64,000 bases of DNA, from the NCBI RefSeq assembly GCF_036365525.1, contig NC_090371.1:95698211-95762210 (forward strand). Reading direction: 5' to 3'. The notes below the pieces were generated by a model, which searched no databases, was not told the origin of the DNA, and saw nothing but the letters and a program-made list of their open reading frames with translations. Source of the DNA: Heterodontus francisci. Its lineage: Eukaryota. Both the position numbers and the translations under genes were made by a program. Each line of letters starts with the position of its first letter. The stretch's first letter is position 1. Positions 25,841 to 38,986 of the stretch are shown in pieces.

Positions 25841-28759
25841 CTGCAACAATAAATTTAAGACCAAAGGATCAAAGAAGATCTGGGCAGACTTGGAAAAACA
25901 TTTCGACTGAGAATGGACAAACTGCCTGTCAAAAGGTGATTCCCACTGAGTAGGGGGAAAGGCTCAAATTACTTCAGTGTACAACATGAAAGCGCAAAAT
26001 TCAGCCATGGTAATCCACATACATGTTTTTCTTTCCTGAAGGGAACAAAATGGGAGACAGGGACACTGTTGTATCTAACCTGACCCAGTCACTATCACTT
26101 TAGGGATTTGAATTCCACAACAAGAAAAATAATCAATATGATTTAGTGAAATAATATTCCATTGTTCCTGTTCAAACGACACTTTTAAAAATAATTAAAA
26201 GTCAACTAAATAAAATGATCCTTTAACAGAGACATCATGTTCTCTAGAAAAACTCTGGAACATAAATCTTTGTGTCAGTGACAGGAAGGCTTTTGCCAAC
26301 CATTACCATAAATCTGACAAACGCTAATTTGATGGGAGCCTATATCTGTCTCCTGTGAGGCCAGTCTAGACAGTCTATTGAGAAATCCTACAACACAACT
26401 GTTTGTTTCCAGTAACACCATCTGGATATGGCAATCAGAGGCTACCAGTGTTGTTCACACATGGATCAAAGAATGCACTAATTTCACAGAGCAATACTTG
26501 TGAAATATAGTTGAAGAATACAATTTTTATCTTCTGCAAGCAAGCCAAACAGAAGAAAGGCATCCAAAATGAGGCTGCCTTTTGAGAAGCATTTTGACCA
26601 CCCATTGTATTGAAAATGCTTATGTCACACTAGTCCAAGAGCTCCATCAAAGTGTTTCTTTATAAACTGATCATGAGGTTTGTACGATTAAAATTAGAAA
26701 GCCATACTAGAACAATCTTGGAACATGATACAGCGAAGACAGACTATGCAACCTGTATCCATAGCATAAAAATAGACCAAACATTGCAAGCTTAAATTCT
26801 CAGATTTACACATGACATAATAAGGATAAAGTCCTTTCTGCATATGATGTATAAGATCAAAGCATAGAGGGCCCCCTATTGTGCTTTAATGAAGACTGCA
26901 ATTGAGTGTCAGCATTAAGAACAAAATTGGTGTGTTGCAAAGAATGCCAACTTTTTTATTTTCACTTTTCTTTCCCTAAATCAATTTCCTTCATCAAACT
27001 CATTTCAGCTCAATTTTAATTACATAGATCGCTGAAGCTAAATGCATCAAATGGATACTACCACCTTCAAGATAATTATTTGAAGATTTTCAAATGTACC
27101 AAATTCACGCTCATTTTTACATTGCAGCAAGTTTTGTAACACTCCACTGATAATTACAGAAGAGGATTGAAGGGCTGCAAAAAGTAGAAACCAGTATGCA
27201 AGAATATGAAGAACTGAAGAACACCATTTCATTTAAACTGCAGGCCATAAATATTAATATAGCTGGGAAAGTTTCCCAAAGACCAACAGGGCAAATTTTA
27301 TTTAAGCCCAATTTTTTAAGAACACAAAGTAGAATTACCTTGCTTGCTAAAAATAACAGAGATACTGGAAATGTTAAATTTCAGAAGAACCCAAGAGAGT
27401 TTGCATTTTATTTACCTTTAGAAACCTGAATCAAGCCAACATCCAGTTCCGACTGCATATGAGTGCAAACATTTTAATACAATTTCCACTTGAGCAGGAA
27501 TACCAGTACACCACATAAATACAAAAAAATTAGTTTTAGGCAGTGCAGTGGCAAAACACATTAGAAGTGATTATCTTAAAAAGTAAAAAGATCAAGAAGT
27601 ATTCAATTTTTACATTTCTTAGTACACTGTTAAACAGAACACATGATAATACTATAGAATATGAAAAATATTCCACAATATATGAGCCAATTCATGTAGT
27701 CATGTAGCTGTTATTATAGATTAGTTCCCATATTCCACAATGCCTCTGTCATTTACCCTCCACTTACACTTCAATACTACATAGATTATTGTCCCTTAGA
27801 TGCTTATAAAAATAAGCAATATTATACTAGAATCTTGAACTGTACTGCTCGTTTGAATTGGGTCTCATAGTAAGCAGTCTTTACCATTGTTCATGTATTA
27901 AATGAAGCAGGTAATAGGTCTGAGGCGATGGTGTCAGGGGCCAAAAGAACAATAGTTCTATGCCATGCACAAAGGTCTGTGATCCACTTAAACATTAACT
28001 GGCTTAACAATAACTTACATACAGAACAATGTGTTCCTTAAATATGCACAAAGTATTAGGATACTTTTTACAACTGATATTTTAAAAACAATTAAGCCTA
28101 GAGATGATCTGTAAGTGGCTCACACTTGTCAGAAATTACCAAAAGATGTGAGGACCCTAAATATCTTCACAGACTTTGAGTAACAAGATTCATTAAAAGC
28201 AACAATTTTCCCCATATTTCTAGTCTTTCTATTGACTTAATTAACTGGATCTTGGCCCACAGAAATTGCAAAGACCAGGATGATCAGAAAGTGGCAGTCA
28301 ACTGTTTCCAAAATAACTGCTGCAAGGTGTGTCAGTGGAGTCAGTGAAAAAAATTAAAACCCAAGATAGAAGACAGAATAAAAGCCTTAGAAAAATTAAT
28401 TTTCGAACTTAAGTTGGGAAACATATAGAAGCTTGGTAAATAATTAGAAATGTTAACCAGAATCTAAAAATGCAACCACTGCAAACAAGCCTCAAGAAAA
28501 AAAATCTTATGTAACAGAGGTTTCTGGGAGACAATGCTTAAAAATACATCAATAATGGCGAATGCTGCAGGATAATAGTGAATGCGCTTGCTCTTACTTC
28601 GAGCAGTGAAAGATTTCCTGCCAGCAATTGATGGCCTGAATCTTTTTTTTAATATATAAAACACAATGTGCTTTTCAGAGCAGAGTCTGAAATGTCTGCC
28701 ACAGTTGATCTCGAATATGTAAATAACTGAGAAGACACAAACTGGATCTTGTGACTTAC

Positions 28760-28859
28760 CATATAAAGGACATCTAAGATTGCTAAGAATATGATCACAC
28801 AGGACGCTTGCTGATAAAACTGGAAGGACAGCAGCATCAAGGTGGAGCAAAAGAAGTTT
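28760..28859 (-). CDS. Candidate internal exon (100 nt); phase 0->1 reading KLLLLHLDAAVLPVLSASVLCDHILSNLRCPLY (a second frame is also open)
   Basis: Acceptor cctttctacag, consensus donor atg|gtaagt. Reading frame is ambiguous. Confidence 0.35.
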
Positions 28860-28952
28860 CTGTAGAAAGGTTTTATGCTATTAACAGTTGCTTTATACCA
28901 ACCTGAGAGACATGGTTACTGCTGTTTCAATTTGAATTCCTTGGCTGCAAAT

Positions 28953-29869
28953 TGTTATGAAAGTACTTCCATTTTTTTTATATTTTTGTGAGGACTCGTG
29001 CTTTGAAATTGTGGAAATGGATTCCTTTGGAGCACTGAAGTGATTCCATAGATGCTGGACTTTGTTTTTTTTTAAAAAAAAGGTCACTGGAAGGACTTTG
29101 GGACTTTGTTTAAAAACACTTACTGGAAGTCACATGTCTTCAGCTAAGTAAACAGCAGTGCCTTCTGACTATGCGAGTTGTTTACAGAGAAATAACATGG
29201 CAAGATTTATGGTGGTTAAGAGTTGGTTTTGGTTTGGATATTGTTTTGAGTCAGTTGGGTTTGCAGCCTGCTGAGAGAAGCACCCAGCTCATCCTTTCTC
29301 CACCTCTTTGAGAAACCCTGAGAATCCAGTGTGTGATAGCTGAAACCCCTGATGTCGCATTTCTCCTGGAAAGCCTTCCTGACTAATGCTTGATGTCACC
29401 TGAAGAGAACTGCTCAAAAAGATCCCACTGACAGCCGTCTACACATATTTGGGATGCCAAAAAGGGACAACTGATATCATTCCATACCTTATCCTTTTCC
29501 TTCCAGAGTTAACAAGTATTTGGCCAAAGTTTTCTTTTGTCTTTTTTTGTAAAGCGATCTCTGCAGAGAAAACCTCTTTACTTTGTCTTTAACCGGTGCG
29601 TGTGTGTGTTGGGCCAAGTTAGAAGGGAACTTTTATATTTCAATCTGTGTGCTACTGTTATGCAACGTTACTGAATAAGTTTTGTTTTATAATAAATTGA
29701 TAATTTTGTTGTTTATTAAAGAAACCTGGTTGGCAGATTTTATTCTGAAATAAAAAAAGTATAGAATTGTCCATATCGGTAACTGGGTAAAAAATTAAAT
29801 ATATGTTGTGACCTGTGGAGAAGTGGAACTAGAGAAAGACAGTGCACTCCTCTGGCCTCGATTGTAACA
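28953..29869 (+). mobile_element. Solo LTR (917 bp, probably Gypsy/Ty3)
   Basis: Termini TGTTA...TAACA; 4-bp TSD AAAT at 28949-28952 and 29870-29873; AATAAA at 29691. Its 3' end is homologous to the reverse complement of 36484-36700. Confidence 0.85.
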
Positions 29870-31774
29870 AAATAAATACTTGTGAGCAATGAAATAAACT
29901 GTTTATAAATCAGCAAAGTAACACCAAAACAGCTCCATAATTCTATTGGCAAAACCTTAATTCTTAAATAAAGAAATATGGAGCTTCCCTCCACCCCGAG
30001 TACAAGTGAAGCAGTTGGTTAAGTCCAAACATTGCCCATCACCAGTATTTAATTCTCATCAAATATGAAATAACAATTTCTCTTGCAACTTAATGGATTA
30101 GGAACATTTCATGAAACACAGGAGATCCAGAGCTTCTGGAGCTATAAAAATGTAATTTGTAGAAAGCAACTAGCCATAATACAAAAGGGTGGACTGTACA
30201 TGGAATTTTACTTGATTACTTCAGGAGCAGTTTTACAAAATTCCACCTTTGGGGATTAAATACGATAAAGTGAGGTTAAATCCATGTAAGGGCAACCTGT
30301 AAACTAATATTAGTAGAAGATTAATGAACCAGATAGCCTTTTCTTACTGCATAACTAAATTTCTTACTTTCTTATTCAAGACATCAACCATCAGGGACCC
30401 TGAACACTTAAGTCACTGCAACATAGCAAAGACGAAATGCCACTTCTAAGGCGGCTTAAAAAAAGGGTTAGAGAACTATGAGAAACAGCATCCTGACTCA
30501 TGCAACCTGCAAAAGTGCAAACATGTATACCAAGACAGATGAGTTTTTGATGTGTAGGAGAATAATTAGTCAATACATGATTAATACAACACATTAAATT
30601 GCATACTTTGTGCATTTATGCATTGCATACTCCTTCACAGTGAAGAATCACAGTACAACTTCAGAACAGTGATGAAAGAATTATAGTATAACTTAAAAGA
30701 AATGCCTATAATTTGGCATTTGCAGTAAAACTGGAACCTAGTTTGAGAGAACTTCACATTCTTTTGGCTTCATATCAATTTGGGTTAAAAGGTTTAGGAG
30801 CTCAAGCAGTCTTAAGGTTACAAAAAAAAAGTCAAATGTCTTGTCAACTCTTTCCCAAAGTTAAACATTTCACCTGCAGCTGGAGGCCAATAACCAAATG
30901 TCTGCACATTACTAAGAAGGCGTAGGTGAGAACTCTACTTTACCCTTACGTAAAATGCAGTGTGATTGGGACAGTAATATGTTAACAACCACTTAAGTGT
31001 GGATACCAGAATCAAACAGTGCCTGAGGCACAAATGAAATATTGGAATAGATATTGGTGTCCACAAGATTCACGTTTTTCACTATCTGCAAGCTAAATAC
31101 AGCATATTATTAGTTACTTTGCTTGAAGCTGGGAACCTGTCCTCTTTAAAATTAGTGTAGTAGCTAAATCAAACTATGTTGTTTCAGGAAATAATATAGT
31201 TCAACAAATAATAATTATAAAAGGCTTCCTAGATCATACAAGTGGCACTGATGAATTTGGTTTGATATTGTAATTATAATTCCATCAACAGTAATCATGT
31301 TGACTATTTGTCACTGTGGAGAAACATTGCCACCTGTTGGTGTCACTCATTTACAGCGCAGCCATCATAAAAAATTAGTTACCACAACCGGCACTTTACA
31401 TTGGAAAAATACTACAGTCCATGAGATATACTGGTAGAGGGAGCTGTATGTACATTTCTGTGTTTTGGTTGCCTGCTGCAAGTGTCAGGGTTGGCAATTA
31501 CCCAATCAACTATGCAAACGCAGCATTGCAAAACAAAAAAAAAATTAATTGTATGCTTGAGAGCATAAATGATGCATTTGGGATTGTGCTAGCTGAATGA
31601 AAGCTTTGTATAGATTTGAGGCTTATTAAACAAATTGCTCATAGATTAAATACTACACAGAATCTAGAAAATACTGTACAGTAGGTGGTCATTTAACCTC
31701 TTGCACCTGTGCTGCTGTCAGTTTTTCAACTGCAGTGGTCATTGCAACCTTTATTTTCCTGCCCGTATTCTTTA

Positions 31775-32146
31775 TAGAATCATGGAATGGTTACAACACA
31801 GAAAGAGGCCATTTGACCTGTCATGTCTATGCCGGTTCTCTGCAAGAGCAACTCACCTAGTCCCACTTCCCAGCCTTTTCTCCACAACACTGCAATTTTT
31901 TTTTCCTTCAGATAACTACCCAGTTCTCTTTTTAAAGCCACAATTGAATCTGCCTCCACAACACTCTCAGGCAGTGCATTCCCGATCCCAACCGTTCATT
32001 GCACAAAAAAGTCCCTCCCCATGTCGCCTCCCCCGTCAACCCCCCAAACCGGTGTCCTCTGGTTCTGGATCCCCTGGCCACTGGGAATGCTCTCTTCCCA
32101 TCTATCTACTCGGTTCAGACCCCTCATGATTTTGAGCATCTCTCAG
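31775..32146 (-). mobile_element. CR1 3' end
   Basis: Close match to 13438-13800. Confidence 0.88.
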
Positions 32147-33017
32147 TAGGAAAGTCCTGAGCTCTCAGAGAAACTTCCTTATTAACTAAGAGGTTTCTGT
32201 ATAATGTCATTGTGTATCTCGACATTTGTCCCATTTCCAATTCTCGTGTCTCTTCTGCAGGGACACATTTGCTTGGCAAAGGTTCAGTTTGAGGCCTGGA
32301 TCCGTTTGGAACCACTGGCTGACTCAAGACCGCAGCAACTCTGGGTAGCACTGCCCTAATAATGCCCCTGCTCAAAGGAAGTCTACTTTAGGGGGTTCAG
32401 GGGGCAAACAAACTCCTGTTGCAAACTGATCTCCAAGCCATTGTCTCAAACATAAAAAAGTCTTCATATCACTGAGTGGTTTTATTGCAGATGTATATAT
32501 TTACGTCATACCTATTACTACTGTGGCAACCCCGATGCCTCACTGTGCTATTATGAAACCTATCCTGGTGTTCACAGTCTGCAGTGTATCCATGCATGTA
32601 TGATGCTCATCAAACATCCTTTTTAGAACAGGATCCGAGTAATCTTATGTCTGCAGGTTCAGGAGTTCGTGGAGCTTCTGCTTCTTACTATCAGATCACA
32701 CTTTTACTTTTCTAGCACCATGTGATTAACGAATGTAGGAGTACCACACATATAAACAAACTGCAAGGAAGGGTCAGGGGTAACAGACTATTGATCCTGA
32801 CTGTTCTGGGGAGCTTGTTAAAGTTCTTCCTGGACTGCAAAGGAGTCTTGCAATTCAAGGAAGGCCTGCACGCCACCTGTCCCCACAAACTATCACATTC
32901 TTGGCAGGTCTCTCACCCCCAACCCCAAATGGGCCGTTGCTCCCTTTCATAAACAAATAAAATATATTCCATAAAATGATCAACAGTGTTGTTTCCCACC
33001 TCTCCCATCCAACGTAC

Positions 33018-33098
33018 TGGATGCTGGTAAGAGAATGGCATGGAGGAAAGTAAAATACTGGAAGTGAGCCCCATAGGCGTGATCCAGGATGCAACCAT
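33018..33098 (-). CDS. Candidate first coding exon: MVASWITPMGLTSSILLSSMPFSYQHP (phase 0 end)
   Basis: Kozak-like gccATGG, donor cca|gtacgt, directly downstream of the promoter-like segment. Confidence 0.4.
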
Positions 33099-33099
33099 G

Positions 33100-33360
33100 G
33101 CCTGAAAGACTCCCGACAGAAAATTCTGCGCAACAAATTCAAATCTCTTCTAAAGGAAGTCAAATTCTATTTTGTACAAATGCTGCAGCCGGACCTACCA
33201 GCTTCCTCTGGTTGGCCATGTTCTAGTTTTAATTTCTATTCCTCTGGTTGGCACGAAAGATGCACTGATTGGCGCAGGCAGCAGCATATATAATACTAAT
33301 CGTCTGACCTTAGAAACTCCGCTGGGACATTCTCTCAGTTTGTCAGCAGCGGTTGCCTGA
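33100..33360 (-). promoter_or_regulatory. Putative Pol II promoter with CCAAT/CCAAC boxes and CHR-like TTTGAA
   Basis: On the minus strand: CCAAT at 33272-33268, CCAAC at 33251-33247 and 33215-33211, TTTGAA at 33143-33138. About 10 CpGs in 33010-33360 against a CpG-poor background. Confidence 0.45.
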
Positions 33361-33496
33361 TAGTTACAGTAGCAAAACAGGATTGTGAATGTTTTCCCTC
33401 TATTTTTGGATGTATGTAAATGGGAGTCCAGGTTACATTACACTTAAAAATTACAAAATATTCTTACATTTTATTTAATTTTCTTACTTTGCAAAA

Positions 33497-34870
33497 ATAC
33501 TAATCCAATTTCCTTTTAAATGCTGTTATAACTTCTGCATTGATAGCCAGTTGTTGCAAAGCTTTTAATGTTCTAATATCCATATGGTGCAAAAAGATTC
33601 TTTTAACTTCCCCCTTCAGTCTTCTATACATAGTCTTAAATTGGTAACGTGGCATCGACTGATCAAGTAATGGAAACAATCTTTCACTCTTTACCATAAA
33701 TTTTTTACAATTTTTAGAATTTCTATTCGGTCATTCATTAACCTTCTCTGTTCCAATGAAAATATCCTCTTTTTAAGCTTTTCTTTACAATCATCATCTT
33801 TCTGGCGCAGATATGATGGGCCAAATGGCCTCCTTCTGTGTTGTAAATCCTTCTATGTTTCTTAATTCTGGTATCATCCAGGTGGCTCTCTAGAGTCTAT
33901 GACTCTAATATCTTTTTTATAATGGGATGCCCAGAACTGCAAGCAGTTATCCAAATTGTGGCTTAACCAGTAGCTTACACAAATTCATAGTCATTACCTG
34001 ACCTTTGCATTCAATGCCCTTGCGTACAAAGTCAGAAATCCATTTGTCTTCTCTGGCCTATTCTACCTTCAAAGATCAATAATCTACACCCCAAGATCTC
34101 TTTCTTCCACTGTTAAGATTATTATTTAAGGTATATACCCTTAACATTTAGAGTATACCTCCTTTCACTGTGCTTTCCCCCCCCCCCACCCCGCCAAAAA
34201 AAAATATTCATTCATACTTCTTTGCATTGAGTTGCATCTGCCACCTATCTGTCATTCTGCTAACTTGACCACAAATGCCTGCAATCTTCCACAGTTTGCC
34301 ATTTCACCTACGTTCTTTCATATCAGCAGCAAACTTTGATGATAATTCTATTACGCCCATGCCCAAACCATTTATACAAAATGGAAAAACAGGTCACAAT
34401 ACAAATCCCTGGGCACACCATGAACCACATCAATTTATTCTCTACTTTCTGTCCCCCAACCCTTTGCCCATTCTACTACATCCCATTTCACACTGTATCC
34501 TTCAATAATAGAAAAAAAAAATGTTGTTACATTATCTAAAGCCAACAGAAATGCCACAAGGTATAGTATCCATATTAACTTCAACAACAGTTCAACTATC
34601 TTGAAACATTTATTTGAATTACTCAAACAATTTGCCTTTACAAACCTATGCTGACTGTCCTTCATCAGGCTTTCAAGCGTTCATTCGCTTCATCTTTTAT
34701 TATGAACTTGAGAAGTTTATTCACATCCATAGTAAAACCAGCTGGCCAATAATTTGTTGGATTATCCCTTTTCCCTTCCTTGAACAGTGCAGCAACATTT
34801 TTCATCCTCCTTTAGCACAATTAGTTTCCATAATTTGAGGAAAATTATGATTAGTGGTTCTGTTATCTGC
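33497..34870 (-). mobile_element. Old CR1 (RT to 3' end), with a short + strand CR1 tail at ~33800-33860
   Basis: Degenerate KDSQHRFVKANCL and AFKRKLD in the minus-strand ORFs. Confidence 0.8.
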
Positions 34871-36483
34871 AGCACCAGCCTTTTTTCAGTATTCTCAAGT
34901 ACCTCCTCCCTAACTTCCTTCAGTATTCAGTAATAGCGTGATTTTAATAAAATAACTACATTCTTCTGATGACTGTGCTCTGGAGACTTCAGTTCTTTAC
35001 AAATTGGTGATAAACCAGGGAAAAGTTATAACTTTTGATGATGAGGTTGTCCATATAAAATTCAAGGATAGCATTACTGCACTGATTTATCATTCAAGCA
35101 AAATTAGTCTTTGGTTTCATATCAATCGTCTGCAGTGCAGTGTTTTCCTCCAATTATCAGCCAAATGACAAAGATGCCCACAGACCCCACATCTCTTCCA
35201 GAAATGTGCACTCTAGGGGAGTAGGCATCATGTGAATAGATGCACACAATTTTAAATTTGCTGCCTACAGCTCTGGTTGCACATACACATCAACCTACTT
35301 TAACAGTTATGAGCAAGATGTTTTAAAACCCCAAGTGAAATTGAGCAGGTTACTTGGAAAAAAAATTAAAATTCAGCATCCGGAAGCTGCTAGAGATTTT
35401 TCCACTAAGCAGTCTATTTTCATTTGTCATTCTGCTATTATTACTCCACTATATTTAGTTCTGACTTCCTTATTGATGATACTGCCAAAAATATTCATAA
35501 ATTCTTGCAGTCCCAGCCGTAATGGGCAGTGTCATGCAACTTTTATTCATTCAGACTGCAGTCACATGATTCATAGTCTAGTAGTACTATAGATGTCATT
35601 GGCATCTGCTCCAACAGCTGCTTACTGTATATAATTACAACATCACCACCATCTCCATTTAGACAGAGTGCGCACAAGAAAATCCGCATGCATCAAGACA
35701 ACAAGTCTGCAGTCTGCCAACTGACTGAAGTATTGAATTTAATCATTACAACTTTATGCGATTAGATGTTCTCATTCTAGCATATCCTTAGCATAATTCC
35801 TTTCAAATAAGATTTTACATCTCAAAAGGTATCATGAGTCCAAAGGGCAAAACTGCAGGTTAACAAAGCCATAAAGTACTAAGTACCAGAGTTAATTTCT
35901 CTTCACTGTGTAAAAAAAAGTTCTTCCTCGCATCCCTCCCACATCTCCTGCCCAAAACCTTAAATCTGTGTTCCCCCAGTCCTTGTACCATCAGCTAATT
36001 GGAACAACATTCTTTGTCTACCTTAATCTAAACCTGTCAATCTTGTACATCTATTTTTCTATTAAAGGGATCAAAGGGTATGGGGAGAAAGCAAGAACAG
36101 GTTACTGAGTTGGATGATCAGCCATGATCATAATGCATGCCGGAGCAGGCTCAAAGGGCCGAATGGCCTACTCCTGCTCCTATTTCCTATGTTTCTATCT
36201 CTATCAAATCTCCCCTCAATCTCTTTTGCTCCAAGGAGAACAATCCCAGCTTCTCCAATCTAATCTTGTAGCTAAAATTCCTCATTCCTGGAACATTCTG
36301 GTAAATGTCCTCTACACTCTCTCAAGGACCCTCATATCCTTCCGAAAGCACGGTGACCAGAACTGGATGCAATGCTCTAGTTCTGACCTAGCCAGAACTT
36401 TATAAAGGCACAGCATAACTTCCTTGCTTTTCTACTCACTAACTCGATTTATGAAGCCCAAGATCCCATATGCTTTGCAAACT

Positions 36484-37448
36484 TGTTATGACCAAGGTGG
36501 GAGCAATGCACTGTCAATTCAGTACCATTACTCCACAGTTCACAGCATATTATTAAAGTTTTCCCACCTACCGGAAATTAGCCAAATTAAATACTTTAAC
36601 ACCCCCCCCCTCCCCCCGCACCCCAGAATAAAACAGACCAAACCAGGCATCTTTAAACAAGCTATTTATTAATAAACTAAATCTGAAACACTATTGAGAT
36701 AAACCGATGTCTAAAAGACTTTATAACTTTTTTTTTTAACCCTTATGCATACACACATGCATTCAAAAACCAACGGTTAACTGGTTTAAAAAAATGTTTC
36801 TTAGGAATAAATAAGCAGCTGGGTTGCAAGTCTCTGTGGGTTACGTTCCCAGTTGGTGAGGTGTCCCAGAATAGAATAATCAGATGCCACTCAAAGTCTC
36901 CAGGCGAATTCGACAAACAGTCTTTAAGGGATGGGCATTCAAAGCACTTCGGTTGCAGCAGGCGTCACACAGTTCATTCAACAAGGGGTATAGCAACAAG
37001 TCTATTTGGATTTTGAAGTCGGTAGTCTTTCAGAAGAAACTTCACTGAGGATTCCAGCAAACACAAGCAGACAACAGAGTCACTCCTGAAGCAGAGACTT
37101 CTTAGAGTTTGGAAGTAAAAAAAAAATGAATTTGCTACCTCCCACAATACAAACGTTCTTTTCCAGGGGTTTTTTCTCTCCTTAGGCAATACAGAGCCTG
37201 AAGATAAATATAGATTTTCTGCTAGGAGAGAGGGATCCTTTTTTCAGTAAGCACGCTTCGCTGGTTTCCAGTTCAAACCAGTTATAGCCAGTCTTTACAC
37301 ACAGTCAAAAGTTACAATACAACACGTGACCTCCTCTCTCTCCTGCTGTTGCCGAGAAAACAGGTGCAGCTGGTGGCACACTGTGCTCCTTAGTTTTTAA
37401 AGGGACAATGTTTTTTAAACAGAGGAGAAAAAAAACAGTTCCAAGAAA
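36484..37448 (-). mobile_element. Solo LTR (965 bp), related to 28953-29869
   Basis: Starts TGTTA on + strand; TSD AACT at 36480-36483 and 37449-37452; other terminus eroded; interrupts CR1. Confidence 0.8.
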
Positions 37449-37911
37449 AACTCCTCTCTGTCAATATGTCCTGGCACCTTCAAAAATCTATGTACATGAA
37501 CCCCTAGGTTCCTCTGCCTCATACTTCTCCAACACCATGATCTATCCTGCTCCTGTCTGAGAAGCAATCATTTACGTCTTGTTGCTTTCTGTCCTTAAAC
37601 CAATTTTTTAAATCCAAGTTGACACTGTCCCTCCAATTCCATGAACCTCAATTTCTTCAACCAGCTTTTTAATGTAATACTTTGTCAAGTGCTTTCTTAA
37701 AATCCATATGCACAACATTCACTGCTTTCCCTTCATCAACCTTCTCTGTTACTTTATCAAATTATTAGTCAAGCATGAGCTGCCTTTTACAAATCAGTGT
37801 TGGCTCTCCCTAATTACCTCAAATCTCTCCAAGTGCTTGTTGATTTTATTCCCTGATTATTGTTTCTAAAATCTTAAACTGACCAGTCTGTAGTTACTAG
37901 GAATGTCCTTA

Positions 37912-38366
37912 AAACAAAGGACTTTCATTTGTATAGGGACTTTCATGACCACCGGATGGCTCAAAGCACTTTACAGCCAATGCAATATTTTTGAAGCGTA
38001 GACACTGTTGTAATGCAGGAAACGGAGCAGCTAGTTCCCACACAACAAACTCCCACAAACAGCAACACGATAATGACCAGATACTCTGCTTCAAAGATGT
38101 TGATTGAGGGATAATATTGGCCAGGACACTGGGGATAACTACCCTGTTCTTCTTCAAAATAGTACCATGGGATCTTTTGCATCCACCTGAGCAAGCAGAT
38201 GGGGCCTCGGTTAAACGCCTCATCCGAAAGATGGTACCTCCAACATTGCTGCGCTCCCTCAGTACAGCAATGGAATGTCAGCTTTAATTTTTGGGCTTGT
38301 GGCCTGGAGTGGGACTTGAACCTGGAACCTTGTGACTCAGAGGCAAGAATGCTACCAGCTGAGACA
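37912..38366 (-). mobile_element. DeuSINE (SacSINE1-like), full length
   Basis: tRNA head with B box ggttcaagtcc, Deu domain cggatgaggcgtttaaccgaggcccc...aaagatcccatgg...gtgtcctggccaa, L2-type tail tgtaaagtgctttga; TSD CTTA. Confidence 0.9.
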
Positions 38367-38554
38367 CTTACACCCTTTCTTGAATAATGGTGTCACATTT
38401 GACACCCTCCAATCCTCTGGCATCTCCCCTGTATCTAGGGAAGATTGGAAGATTATGGCAAGCCCTTCCACTATCTCCACTCCCACATCCTTTAGCAACC
38501 TGGGTTATGAGGATCGGACCAGGTGACTTATCCATTCTAAGCACAGCCAGCCTT

Positions 38555-38986
38555 GATTTTTTTAAGAAATTTTTTTTTTATTCTTTCATGGGATGTGGGC
38601 ATCACTAGCAAGGCCAGCATTTGTTGCCCATCCCTAACTGCCCTTGACAATTGGCTGGCTTGCTAGCCATTTCAGAGGGCAGTTAAGAGTCAATCACATT
38701 GCTGCGGATCTGGAGTCACATGTAGACCAGACCCGGTCAGGACAGCAGATTTCCTTCCCTAAAGGACATTCGTGAACCAGATGGGTTTTACAACAATCAT
38801 GATAGTTTCATGGCACCATAACTAACACCAGCTTTCAATTCCAGACTTTTATTAATTGAATTTATTACTTAATTGAATATAAATTCCACCAGCTGTTCTG
38901 GTGGGATTTGAACCTATGCCCCCCCAGGAAATTAGTCTGGACCTCTGGATTACTAGCCATGACATTACCACTACGCAACCGTCTCC
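38555..38986 (-). mobile_element. SINE-B, full length
   Basis: Reverse complement of the 20243-20655 family; TSD CCTT at 38551-38554 and 38987-38990. Confidence 0.93.

Noticed and set aside
28510-28952. Longer LTR starting at TGTAAC 28510
   Set aside because: No TSD. The start at 28953 gives a matching AAAT TSD.
32150-32720. Several exon-like frames on both strands (e.g. QWLGDQFATGVCLPPEPPK)
   Set aside because: Splice sites are weak or phases inconsistent; cannot be supported.
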